64,000 nucleotides of DNA from contig OZ316894.1 of the NCBI GenBank assembly GCA_973895155.1, forward strand, positions 19,846,451 through 19,910,450, given 5' to 3'. Below the pieces are notes generated by a model, which saw only the letters and a list, made by a program, of their open reading frames with translations, was not told the DNA's origin and did not search any database. Each line of letters begins with the position of its first letter. Position 1 is the stretch's first letter. Positions 38,701 to 50,290 of the stretch are shown one piece after another. The position numbers and the translations under genes were made by a program. This stretch comes from Marsupella aquatica. Taxonomy: Eukaryota; Plantae; Marchantiophyta.

Positions 38701-40849
38701 CCCCTAGTAATCGCATCAGAGAAAACCCCCTCAGCCATTTCTTGCGTAAGCGCACCAAGCAGAGAGGGACCCACAGTGTCCCAATGCGCCACAAAAAACT
38801 CCACCGGTACCCCATCTGGACCCGGGCATTTGTTGCACGCCAGCGCTGCCGCAGCCTTTCCAAGCTCCTCCAACGTGAAAGGCTCATTCAGCATCTCCTG
38901 GTCCTCCCTTGTGATTCTTGTTTTTTGCAGCTCCAGAACCCTTGCAATGTGTTCCCACTGTGGACCCGCAGATTGGCCCAAGATATCCTTGAAAAAAGTA
39001 GTGGCAGTATCAGCCATCCCGTCCCAATCGCTGACTAGCAGATTCTCCTTAGTGAAAAGTTGAGTGATTTCGTTTTTCATGGCCAATCCTTTGAAAGTTC
39101 TGAAGAAAAACTTGGAGCATTTTTCCCCATCGCCAATCCACCGGGACTGCAGAATGTTGTCCATCCACTGGACTTTCTCAGCCTCAAATTCCTGCACCAA
39201 TGTTTCAGCCGCCTTCAGAGCATCTTGATTTTGAGCTATGTGTGGGTCCCTCTCGAATTGAAGCTGTGCCTGGGTGAGCGATGTACGAAGTTGTGTTTCC
39301 CGCAAGCGTCTCTCCAGGGCCTTCCTTTTCCCCCAGCTTCTGTCAAACTTCCGTGCCTTCCCCAGACAATGAACAAGAGTCTTAGCTGCCGATAAACCTC
39401 CTCTACAACAAAGCTCTCTCTCTCTTTTCCACATTCTTTCCATGCGCTCCTGGTACTCCGCCTGCTTCTGGTGGCTGACGTTCATGCGGTGTTGTGAGGG
39501 ACGCTTGACAGGCACCACCGGGGTGATCAAAGCAATGACAGGGGCATGATCCGACAAGGGGATCCCAGGAATTATAGTGGAAGAGATATCGAATTTAGCA
39601 CTAACCCCCCCCCCCTGGAGGCATAAATTCTGTCAAGCCTCCTCAGAACTCGGCCTTCCAGGTTTTGTGGTTGTTGCATGGCAGGGGCATGGCGAAATCT
39701 TCTCTTATTATCCCAACTGAAGCGGAGATGTCCTTGTTGCTCCTGGAATGAGTCCACTAGGTGAAGTCGCCTCACGAGATGGCGCCAAGCTCGCCTTTCA
39801 CTGCCCGATATAGTTGTGCTTGGCCCCCCTCTCTGATCGAAAGATTGTTCAATCATATTAAAATCCCCCATAAGAATCCAGGTGAACGATGGGTCCAGCC
39901 GATTGAAAAGCTCCCGCCAGAGGTTTGTCCTCTCCCTAGCCGAGTTTGGTGCGTAGATTCCAAGAAGACCGACCTTGCCCAGCCCGTCATGCACCAAGCA
40001 GCACCAAACAGCTCTCCTTGAGTCAATCACTCCCTCCAAAATGACAAATTGACGGAGCACCGGTGTAATGGCAAGAGCTATACCCCCCTGGCCAGCATAA
40101 ACGTTATCATTTCGGATGGAGTGGGCTCCATCCGCCGCAGGCGCACAAACCCAGTGTGCAGATCTCCAAACCTCTTGCAATTTGCAGATTCTGCGAGCAC
40201 GCAGTTTATGCTCCTGAATACACACCACGTTAGGGATATGTTGCAGCCCCTCCAAGATGAAACGGGCTCGAAGTCTGCGTCTCCGGGAGGCTAAGCCCCG
40301 CATGTTGTATGTGAGAATTGTTAGTTTGCACATCGGGAGTCGGAGGGATTCTATGGCAGTGCGTACCTATAGGTATAGGTTCCAATAAGCGCGGTCTTTT
40401 GGCACGGGGCTGTATGACCCCCAAGGAGAGAGGCAGCGGGTCTGAGTCAGTTGCAGAGGATTCTCTCGAAAGCGAACGTTTGCGTATAGTAACGTTTGTC
40501 CTGTCAAAAGGAGGTGGTGGGGATGTCGTTCTTTCAATAGGAATCACCGGTGCAATAGAAGACGTTACCTCCACCTCGACTGTTTGGGGCCTTGCAATCT
40601 GTGAGACGGGAGATTCACTGACCTGTGTAGGCCGGACCACCCACACCTTTTTTCTGGGCCGTCTGTGGGTGATTGGAGTATGTTTGGGAGAGGTAGTATC
40701 AATTTGCACAATGGGGAGCACAGTTGATTTGCTGTGCGTAGGTTCCACACTGCCAATTTTCTCGTTGGAATGGACAGCCTGCAGACTCCTGCTTGCTCGA
40801 GATATATCGTCTGTAGTGTTGTCGCGTTTCCTAGGATACTTGGTGGCGG
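35711..40849 (-). mobile_element. Non-LTR retrotransposon (L1/Tx1-like LINE), 5'-truncated, ORF2 frameshifted
   Basis: APE endonuclease (TYNMRGL, CIQEHKL, LMGDFNM, RLDRIY, SDHAPV), RT (KCPGPDG, KRPITLLNVVYKI, KLDVTKAFD, LSPLLF, LYADD) and a C-terminal CxxC...HCIWSC zinc knuckle. A short poly(A) reads as a T run at 35711-35717. TSD cttctttct is at 35702-35710 and 40850-40858, with an empty site at about 14190. Confidence 0.95.
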
Positions 40850-41875
40850 CTTCTTTCTCTCAGAGATGGATGCAATAAAGTGACGAAGAAGCGTAGATCT
40901 GAGGATTCTCCCTCTATGATTCCTGTCATTTAGTTAATTGAAAGGTGCAGGTTCAAGACAGTGTCCTTGCGTTAGTTCATGTTCCAGCACCGCAAATGAC
41001 CGGCCGTATAGAAACTGAATTCTTTGAAAACCTTCTGTCAGCAAGAATACTCTAAAAAACTGGTGATCTTTGCCTGACATAAGGGTGTCATACTGTCATT
41101 TCACCAAAGAGCGTAATTCCACCATTCAGGGCTATGGTCCCTGAAGAGTCATTTATGACTCTCCGTACCCGCTGCCTCGTGCTTCTGCCCGATCCCTGAG
41201 AGAAGGTAAAAACTTTCTCACAGCAGGCTCTGCTGCAGTGGTAGCCCACTAGAGTGGGGAGGAGGATTTTGAGGGTTCGAAATTTCCTGGATGCAGTGCT
41301 CTATGAACGTACCCCTCCCGGGATGAATGGGGGGTGCAGGTAACTTTAATGACATTTACAGAAATTGACAGCAGTTTTCAGTATTTTTTTGGGCAGCATA
41401 CCGATACGGACAAGCAGCATATGGTCCGCAAGTCCAGGGATTAGTTTCCCTGAATTCTACTTGAGTTTGACTTTGCTCACGAATCTGGTATCGACCCGAT
41501 TGCCACTTTAGCTTGGGACGAGTATCAACCATTTGATAAGTCCATAATCTTCTTTAAAGGAGTTGGTTTAGACAAATCAATTGTGCGCGAAATATAGAGG
41601 ACACTCTAAAGGTGGGCAATATAAATGTTATGATGAGGATAAAACCTGTTCATGTCCAGTGTAATCTTTAAGGTTTTTCTTTATTAGCCAAAGTGGCTAA
41701 AGTCAAAGAATGTGGTTGAAGGAGAAGATGTTAGGAATATTTTTTATCTGAAAATCCCAAATTATTTTCTGACTGTTAGATCTCCCTAGATTTAAGGATG
41801 AGGTAAAATTCTGGTTAATGGGACCTGTGACTAGGTGAGAAACTGGCAAATGTGACATTCAAAAAACTAGAGACT

Positions 41876-41985
41876 TGTCAAAGCCTGAATGAGAATGAGT
41901 ACGTGTATAGTCAGGAATGTGAGTACATATAGGGTGGTCGGATGACCGGCTGGTCTGGTCGTCCGGTCAGAGGTAGAGTCTAACA
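41876..41985 (-). repeat. 3' LTR of the copia element (110 bp, TGTTA...TGACA)
   Basis: On the minus strand a PPT 'aaaggggag' immediately precedes TGTTAG. The LTR ends in TGACA exactly where homology to unit A (15223) stops. Confidence 0.75.
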
Positions 41986-44900
41986 CTCCCCTTTGGATAT
42001 ATAGTGACAACTATATAGACAACATAGACTATACTAATTATATCATGTTCGTAGGAAATACATGATATAAGTACAAGCGAGGTAGACTGCCTCGTTAAAA
42101 AACCTTTATTAACTCTAGCTTAGTAAAAACTCTACCAGTGTAGCAGAGAAAAAATATGAGTGCTAAAGGAAAAAGAGTGCAGCCTAACAGTCCTCGTCGT
42201 AATAAATGTCAATGTTAAGTAAAGTTAGATGCTATAGTAAATCTAGCTTTAATATTTGTCTCAATAGTAGGTCGTCAACATCATGTCATCAGCAGCATCA
42301 ATCGTCATGTGGAGTAGCAGCCTCCACGATCATCATGCGTCGCACGCTCCGTAGTCCAATCGCCTGGCAGTGTTGGTGGTGAACTGATGGCGATAGTGAT
42401 TTGGTGAAGAGATCCGCACAGTTGTCTGCACTTGAAATCTGCAAAATGTTGATCTCTTTTCCGTGTAACTCGTGGGTGTAGAAAAACTTTGGAGCTATAT
42501 GCTTCACGCGATCGCCTTTGATGAATCATTTTGTGATCTGCTATATACATGCTGTGTTATCCTCAAAAATGTTAGTAGGCTTCGTTAGTGGTGGTAGGCC
42601 GCATTTGGTGTTGATGTGGTTTATAAAGGATCGTAACCAAACGGCTTCATGACTAGCCTCATGTAGAGCTAAGATTTAGGGTTCGATGAGGTTGCTGTTA
42701 GGGTCTGTTTCACGCTTTTCCAAGAAAAGATGATACCCCCTATAGTAAAAACATATCCGGTTTGGAATTTTGCGGTATCAGTGTCAAAGAGCTATCCAGC
42801 ATCCGCATATCCTATGAGCTCGTGGTTTGCACCGAATGGGTAAAATAACCCGGTATCGGTGGTTCCACGCAGGTACCTAAATACTGCTTAACTCTGTTCC
42901 AGTGTCTGGCTGTGGGAGTTGCACTGTGTCTAGTTAGTAAGTTAACTACAAATGCAATGTCTGGTCGGGTCTGATTTGCTAAATACATTAATGCTCCTAT
43001 CACAGAAAGATATGGGGTTTCTGGTCCTAATAGTGGTTCATGTTCTTCGCGCTTGCGGAAAACATCAGCATTGTTTTCTAATGAACGTACTACCATTGGT
43101 GACGTCAATGGGTGTGCTAGGTTCATATTGAACTGTTTTAGGATCTTGTCGGTTTATGTTGTCTGATGGAGTATCATGCCAGTGGGTAGGATCTCTAGTT
43201 GTAAGCCTAAGCAAAAGTTTGTATGTCCAAGGTCTTTCATCTCAAATGTTGATTTAAGACGAGTAATAGTATCTTCGGTAATTTGGGGTGTCCCAAATAT
43301 GTTTAAGTCATCAACATAGATAGAAACGATGACATATTCGTCATCCATATGTTTAATAAATAAACATGGGGTTATTGCATCATGGGTAAAACCCATGGCA
43401 ATCATTTCATCAGTAAATCTTTGATACCATACTCTGCCACTTTGTTTCAGGCCATATAATGCCTTCAACACGCGGATAGCTAGCCCGCGGCGAGTGTTTT
43501 GTATGGTTGACACAGCGGTGTCGTTATTATGAGTTACATGTGTAGATGACACATGAGGTGTAACTTGAGATAATTGTGTTATAATCTTATGTAAATACGG
43601 GATATGCGATTTAGCGCCTTGAACTAAAGCTCGGCGACGTTGCTCCAACTCGGGAGGTGATCGCATGTATAGACAAGTGTCTAAAGTTTCATATAGATAT
43701 GCGGTTGCAACATCCAGTTGTCGCATTTGTAGTTTATGAAAAATGGCAAATCCGATAAGGTATCGGAATGTTGTGCTATCCATAACCGGTGAGTAAGTTT
43801 CATCGTAATGAATTCCCGGTTGTTGGGTAAATCCTTTCCCTACAAAGTACGCAAGACGTGCTTTGTAGCGTACAACTTGGCCTTTATCATTTCTTTTGCG
43901 GACGAAGGTCCACTTGTAGCCAATGAGGTGTACGTCTTGCGGTGTTGGCTCGACTAGGCCAAAAGTGTGTCTACTTAGTAAGAAATCTAATTCTCCGTTG
44001 ATAGCTTTTTGCCATTCAGGCCAATCTGGTCTGTTTTGACATTCTAAAATGGATATTGGTTCCGGTGTATCATCAGTGATATGTGTTGCCACCATTAATG
44101 CAAAAGCATCATCTATTGAAGTAGTATTTCTATCCCACATCTCACCGGTGTGTGCGTAGTGGATAGAAATCTCTTCATAAGTTGTGGATTTGTTATGATC
44201 GACATCAGGTGAAGGTGGTATAGATGAACCGCGCCTTCTTGGTTGTTTATCCTTTGATCCCAAAGGTCTGCCATGTTTGGCACGAGGTTGGGATGTACTT
44301 GCTGGCTCATTTGATAATTCAATGCGAGCAGGTACTCTCGCAGCTGGAATATGTGAGCGGCTAACTTGTGATGTATCGACAAAAGCGTCAAAAAGTTCTT
44401 CCACAATCTTGTGGAGTTGTAAAATTCTTTGGACTTCTTTCTCCCCTTGGTTGGTTCAAAGGTCTTGCCAAAATGGCGAATGTCTTTCCCACTCCAAAGG
44501 TGGTTGTGGGTGTTCAGGGGTTACTAACGGTGGATAAACATGTTCATCGAAATGGCAATCTAGGAATCTGGATTTAAAAACGTTGCCAGTTGTTGGCTCC
44601 ATATATCGGATTATGGATGGAGAGTCGAATCCGATGTATATCCCCAACTGTCATTGGGGTCCCATCTTGGTTTGTTTAGGTGGAGTAATGGAGACCATTA
44701 CTTGACATCCAAATGAACAAAGATGTGATAGGTCAGGTTTGATACCATTAGCAATTTGGTATGGGCTATAGGTATTAAAAGCCGATGGGCGGTATTGAAT
44801 TAATGCATTAGCTTGTAATATGGCATGTCCCCATGCTGAGACGGGGAGTTTTGACTGCATTAGTAGTGGGCGTGCAATGAGTTGAAGGTGTTTAATGACA

Positions 44901-47900
44901 GCTTCAGCTAATCCATTCTGGAAATGCACGTGGGGTACAGGATATTGTACGTCGATACCAAGTGATGTACAAAAGTCATCAAATGTTTCAGATGTGAATT
45001 CCCCTGCGTTGTCCACCCTTAGTGTCTTAATGGGATGATCTGGGAATTGTGCTTTCACGCGCAAGATTTGCGCCAAGATGCGAGGTATAACCATGTTCCT
45101 CGTTGAAAGTAGGGTCACATTTGACCATTTAGTTGATGCGTCGATTAATACCATAAAGTAGCGGAAAGGTCCGCTCGGTGGGTTAATTGGCCCGTAAATA
45201 TCTGCATGGATGATTTCCAAGAATTTGGGTATTTTAGTTGGCAATTTTGATGCCGTGGGCCTTGTTATTAATTTGCCGCGTGAGCATGCAGTGCATGGGG
45301 TGCTTGCTGGAATATGGCGTGTATTGATTGGAATGCCTCTTGAATTCTTCATGATTTTGGTTAGCATTGATTGGCCGGGGTGGCCGAGGCGTGCATGCCA
45401 AAGCGCATGCAATTCGCTTGTGTTGGCATTGTTATGCAGGCATTCAATATGAGTTACATAAAACCCGCAAGGATACGAGAAAAGGGTTTCTTTAATGATT
45501 CTTTCCGTAGGGGTATTTTCAACCAAGTGGATGACTTCTTGGTCTCTTGTATCGCCTGTCTGGACATGTAGTCCATTTGCTCGTATATCTCTAAAATTGA
45601 GGAGATTATGAGTTGCATTTTGGGCTAAAATAGCAGATTCTATGTGTATTTTGGTACCCTGTGGGAGTCTAATAGAAGCTAGGCCGAAGCCCTCTTCTAT
45701 TTGGCTAGGACCATTGATAGTGGTCAGGGACCTACATGAGGGTGTAATCTTGTGGAAAAGGTGCCTATCCCTGAGGATAGTATGCGTGGTCGCACTGTCG
45801 ATAATACATGTGCTTGGACTATTTAAATCTGGTGTAGTGGAGCTACTTGCCATTAAGTGTGCCTCGGGTTGGGCGGGTAGGTCTGAAAAGTCTTGGAATG
45901 GATCACTAGACTCCATAAACGCCCCGTGGGTTTCACGGGGTGGTGCCCTTGATGTTTGTCCATCCTGGAGGGACCGTTGATATAATTCTCTAAGGTGTTG
46001 CGGGATTCTACAGTTTCTCGCTAGGTGGTTTGTCATGCCACATTCATGGCATTTCGGTCGTTCCCTTTGTTGTCGGGATTGTGACCAATCATTTCTACGG
46101 TTGTTGTTATATGTTCTACCACCGTCGCATCTTCCGCGTCCATCACGTCCACCACGTCCTCCTCGTCCTCCTCGTCCTTCTTGTCCACCATGTCCTCCAC
46201 ATCCTCTAAAGGTTTGTTGGGAGTTATATTGTGGACGTTGGTTATAGAAACGCCCCCTGTTGTGGGTGTTTTTCTCCGGTTGCCATTCTTAGTGCGCTTA
46301 ATGCCTTGCCTCGATGTGGAGGTTCAACATTTTCTATGTTATGGGTTTCATTCTGTTGTCCTGAGGGTAGTGTGCCCGCAGGGCATTTTCTCGAGTTTAC
46401 TAAAAGAAGCTCTTGGTTTCTTTCGGTGACTAGGAGGTGGGCTATGAGTTTGGAGTATTGCCCAAACTTCATGTTTCTATATTGTGTTGATAGCAACACA
46501 TTCGATGAATAAAATGTCAACAAGGTCTTCTCTAGCAGATCCTTGTTTGTGACCGGCTCGCCACATAGTGCAAGGGTTGAGGTTATTCTAAAGAGTTCAC
46601 TATTGTAGGCTGAAATAGAGGTAAAGTCTTGGACTCGCAGGTTTAGCCAGTCTTGCCTGGCTTTAGGTAGTTCAACCAGTTTTTGGTGGTCGAATCGGGT
46701 TTGGAGCGCTGTCCATAGTTCACGAGGGGTTGAGAGGTGCATGTATTGTCTTTGCAGGAATCTATGGATATGGCGTCTAAGGAATACGAGAGCCTTAGAT
46801 TTGTTGGCTTTAGTTAACGGGTCTGGTTGGGGTTCGCTAGCTAGTATAGTTTGAGCCATCCCTATAGCTGGGAGTAGGGTTAGCGAGGTTAGGTTCTCTC
46901 TAAGGTTCATTGACCATTCCAGGTAGTTGCTACCATCAATTTCTAGGGCTGGAAAAGTTAATTTTTTGAGGTTGGTCATCGGGGTGGTGGCTTGATTCCT
47001 TTTAATGGTGGTTGAGGTTTATATACTAGTAAGTATAGTAGGAAACGACAAAGCACATTTCTGCGGCATGCAAGGTGGGGCTGGGTGGAGAGAGCATGCA
47101 AATCTGGAATTCGATTTTAGGGTTTGCACTTAGGATTTAGGTTTTCCTTGGTATTTGGTTAACTGCAAAGTTTCCTTTGTATTTGTTCTTTCCTTTGTTA
47201 AACTATGCAGTAATGAAGTTTTGCAGTTTGTGCAGTTATGGGTGGTTATTTACTCGTGCCCTGGTTAAGTGCACATGCGGCTTTGTAAGGTTAATTTTCT
47301 TTGTTATGAAATGCAGTTATGGAGGTTTTGCGGTTATATGCGCTTATTTGGTTAAGTGCAACTTTTCCTTTGTAATTGAAATCTCTTTGACGGATTTTTC
47401 TCGGGGGTCTCACTATATGGGGACCTCCCCATCGCCTGCGACGTTTTGAGGCCTCGGACCCCCTAAAATGTAAGAAATTTTTTTTTATTTTTTAACCCCT
47501 ATAAAGTTGGAATATTCTTGGAATATTCTAAAAATTGGATTAAAAAGACCATAATGTTCTTATAAGTCTCAAAATTGAATTTAAAAGACCCTATTGTTCT
47601 TCTACAAAAATTCTTAAGTCTTCCCTTAGAACCAATAAAATGACCCTATCCTTCGTCGCACGTGATATGCCATTTTTGTGGAAGTGAAATCCCCGAGGGA
47701 TTTTTCAGTTAAGGAGGGTTATGCACTTAGCAGCGGTTTTTGACGTTTTTCGATGTTTTGCAGTCTCAATGTGGTGGGATTTGATTGCAGTTACGCCCCT
47801 TGTGCGCTGCTTTCTTTGGCTGCGCCTTGTAATGCGCCTCTATGATTCTGCTGTGCGATCTGCTTCCCCGTAGCAGATGCTGCTCTTTCTTCAAGGGCGA

Positions 47901-48565
47901 GGTCAACAGAACATCAAAGCTGTATACTCTCTACTGTGGTGATTTTTCTCTTTGATTTTCTGTTGTTCTCCAGATCGTCTTCTTTCTCGATCGCTGGCTG
48001 TCTCTTCGCCTCTTTTGACAGGCCTATCGTTTTCGATCTATGCTTATGAATTTGCTGTATTGCCTGTGCTGTGCTCTCTGTTAGTGCCTCTTTGCTGTCC
48101 TTATCTAAAGATCTTTTCTATTTCTCTTGAGGGCGTTCCTCATAAGTTCGCTTTGTCAGCGCCTCCTTATCCTTCTGTTGCTTCAATTCTCTCTTCCTGC
48201 ATAAGCCCTTGTTTTATTATGCAATGTTCTGGGGTTTTGAGTTCTCGCGCTCTCCAAACTGCAGCCTCGGAAGCTCCTACGTTGACAGGTTTTTTCAGCA
48301 CATCGAATCGTCTCTTGCTTTCGCTCTTCTCTTGGCATTTTGATGGCTTCGCGTTCCTTTCCAACTTCCTCTTCGATTGCTTCCGAAAGCTTCTTAGCTT
48401 CTTTCCGATCTGTTTGTCCTCTATAATTCCTAATCGATGTCTTTATCGATGCTCCCCGTTCGGTGCTGCATTGATTGTCTTTTCTTCCCTCTGTCCTTAT
48501 CTTCTCTTTTACTATTCAATGTTTTCTCCCTTTCGCCATCGTTTTTCGCCATCGTTTTTTGGGCT
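41876..48565 (-). mobile_element. Ty1/copia LTR retrotransposon (Bianca-like), degenerate, 5' LTR missing
   Basis: Domain order is gag (46979, MTNLKKLTFPALEIDGSNYLEW), zinc knuckle (CHECGMTNHLARNC), protease (CIIDSATTHTI), integrase (WHARLGHPG, IIHADIYGP, LRVDNAGEF), RT (RYKARL, LKALYGLKQSGRVW, IYVDDL) and RNase H (ADNCADLFTKSL). The Bianca assignment rests on recalled motif resemblance. Confidence 0.92.
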
Positions 48566-49724
48566 CTGAACATGTTTTGGGGGTCCATTCCTTCGTAGTC
48601 CTTGTACTCTTACAACCTCGAGTGGGGCTCAAACCCATAAGCTTGTCCACCAGGCTTCACATGAAACAAAGATCTAATGAATGTGTTTGATGCAAGTGAA
48701 TATCCAAGGACACTACCCATTGGCCACTTTGTTTGTCTATTACCGAAATATCAGGACCTATGTATCAAGTTAAAAGATAAATTGAGAGTAGCAAAAAAAA
48801 AGCCATTTGCGCTTCACAGCTCGTGAAAGCTTTGATCAATTGGACTTCATACTGGTTTGTAAACCTAGTGACCATCACACGATCACTATATACCTAGTCA
48901 CAATTCTTGGAAGACTTTCTGCACTATGCTCATCATGGAAATTAAGCATTTCAAAGAAATTGAAAAACTCCACAATTGCGATTCCGCAAAAGACTTTCTT
49001 AAAAGGATTTTCCTTGCAAACAAATACGGTAGATTGATAGTTTATCTAAAACACTCAAAGTGCCCATCCACAACCCATCATATCACTCCATCAAGTCTCT
49101 AGCATGCTTCTAATCCAGAATCTAGTAACTATGATTGAGAGATATACTTAATGGACCTCCAAATGCAACAGACTCCTTTACTTAATAGACCAAAAGTTGC
49201 ACACTCTCTCTCAGTGGACCTCCGGGCCCACCAGAGGTACCATTTTGTGTGAGATGTTCTTCTAACGCACTCTGCAGTTCTTATAACACGAGATTGGCAC
49301 TATAAAACATAGCATGTTCTACTGATCTTCAGTGTCCAACCTTACGCGTCGCCAAATGCGATCGCCTACAATCACAGTTCCAAGTGAATTAATGTATACA
49401 TTGACCACAATGCATACAAACATTAACCGTAATGTCAAACAAACCATATATGTTGTGTGGCCGCACGACGACATAGAGCCTCAGAGTTAGATCATGTATA
49501 CATTATTTAACATCACTGTATACAAGGACCACAATGTTGGATGAATGACGCATCGTGGAACCACAACATATACATTTGAAGCAGTTGGGAAAGCGGTGTA
49601 CACATTGACATCCATCATGTATAAAAAATATATTAGATTATATATAGTTAAACAACTTAGGGTTTGGAGTAACCCTTGGCATAGGCTCTGAGTACATTTT
49701 CCATGGTGCATACGCTGTACACAC

Positions 49725-50290
49725 GTCTTTGTGTTGAATATGGCATGCTTTTCTCCATTTAGGCCCGACCATCTTTGTAAAGTTAAAGGGAATGAAAAAT
49801 TTCTAAGTCAGTGTGAAATCTGAATATTGTAGGTTTTGTCCATTTGGGCAAGCTTCGGTGGGGGGAGTCAACTTTGTAAAGTCAGAGGGAATGAATTTTT
49901 TTCTAAATGTGAAATCTAAATACGACGTGCAAAATGTATACATGACAAATCATATTTCTATGTTGAATACAATAGGTTTCGTTCATTTGGGCAGGCTTCA
50001 GCAAGGGGCGTCTTTGTAAAGTCAAAGGAAAGAAAACAATTTATAAGTGTAAATCTAAATACAACGTGCAAAGTGTATACATGACATTTAATCATACTTC
50101 TATGTTGAATACGGTAGGTTTTGTCCTTTTGGGCAGGCCTCGGTGGGGGGCGTCTTTGTAGAGTCGAAGGAAATGAAATTTTTCTAAGTGTGAAATCTAA
50201 ATACAACGTGCATATTGTATACAAAACACATCATTCTATGTTCAACATTATTTGGTTTTGTCCATTAGAGCAGGCCTTGGTATCTGTATG
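49725..50290. repeat. Degenerate tandem repeat, about 4 units of 100-142 bp
   Basis: The motif 'ctttgta[a/g]agt..agg..tga..ttttctaagtgtgaaatcta' starts at about 49772, 49872, 50011 and 50153. Confidence 0.65.

Noticed and set aside
46130-46205. (cctcgtcct)-like microsatellite
   Set aside because: It encodes the RGG-rich stretch of copia Gag upstream of the zinc knuckle, so it is explained by the element.
47952-48569. 205-aa hydrophobic plus-strand ORF
   Set aside because: T/C-rich composition produces a Phe/Leu/Ser-rich ORF. It has no ATG start and no recognisable motif.
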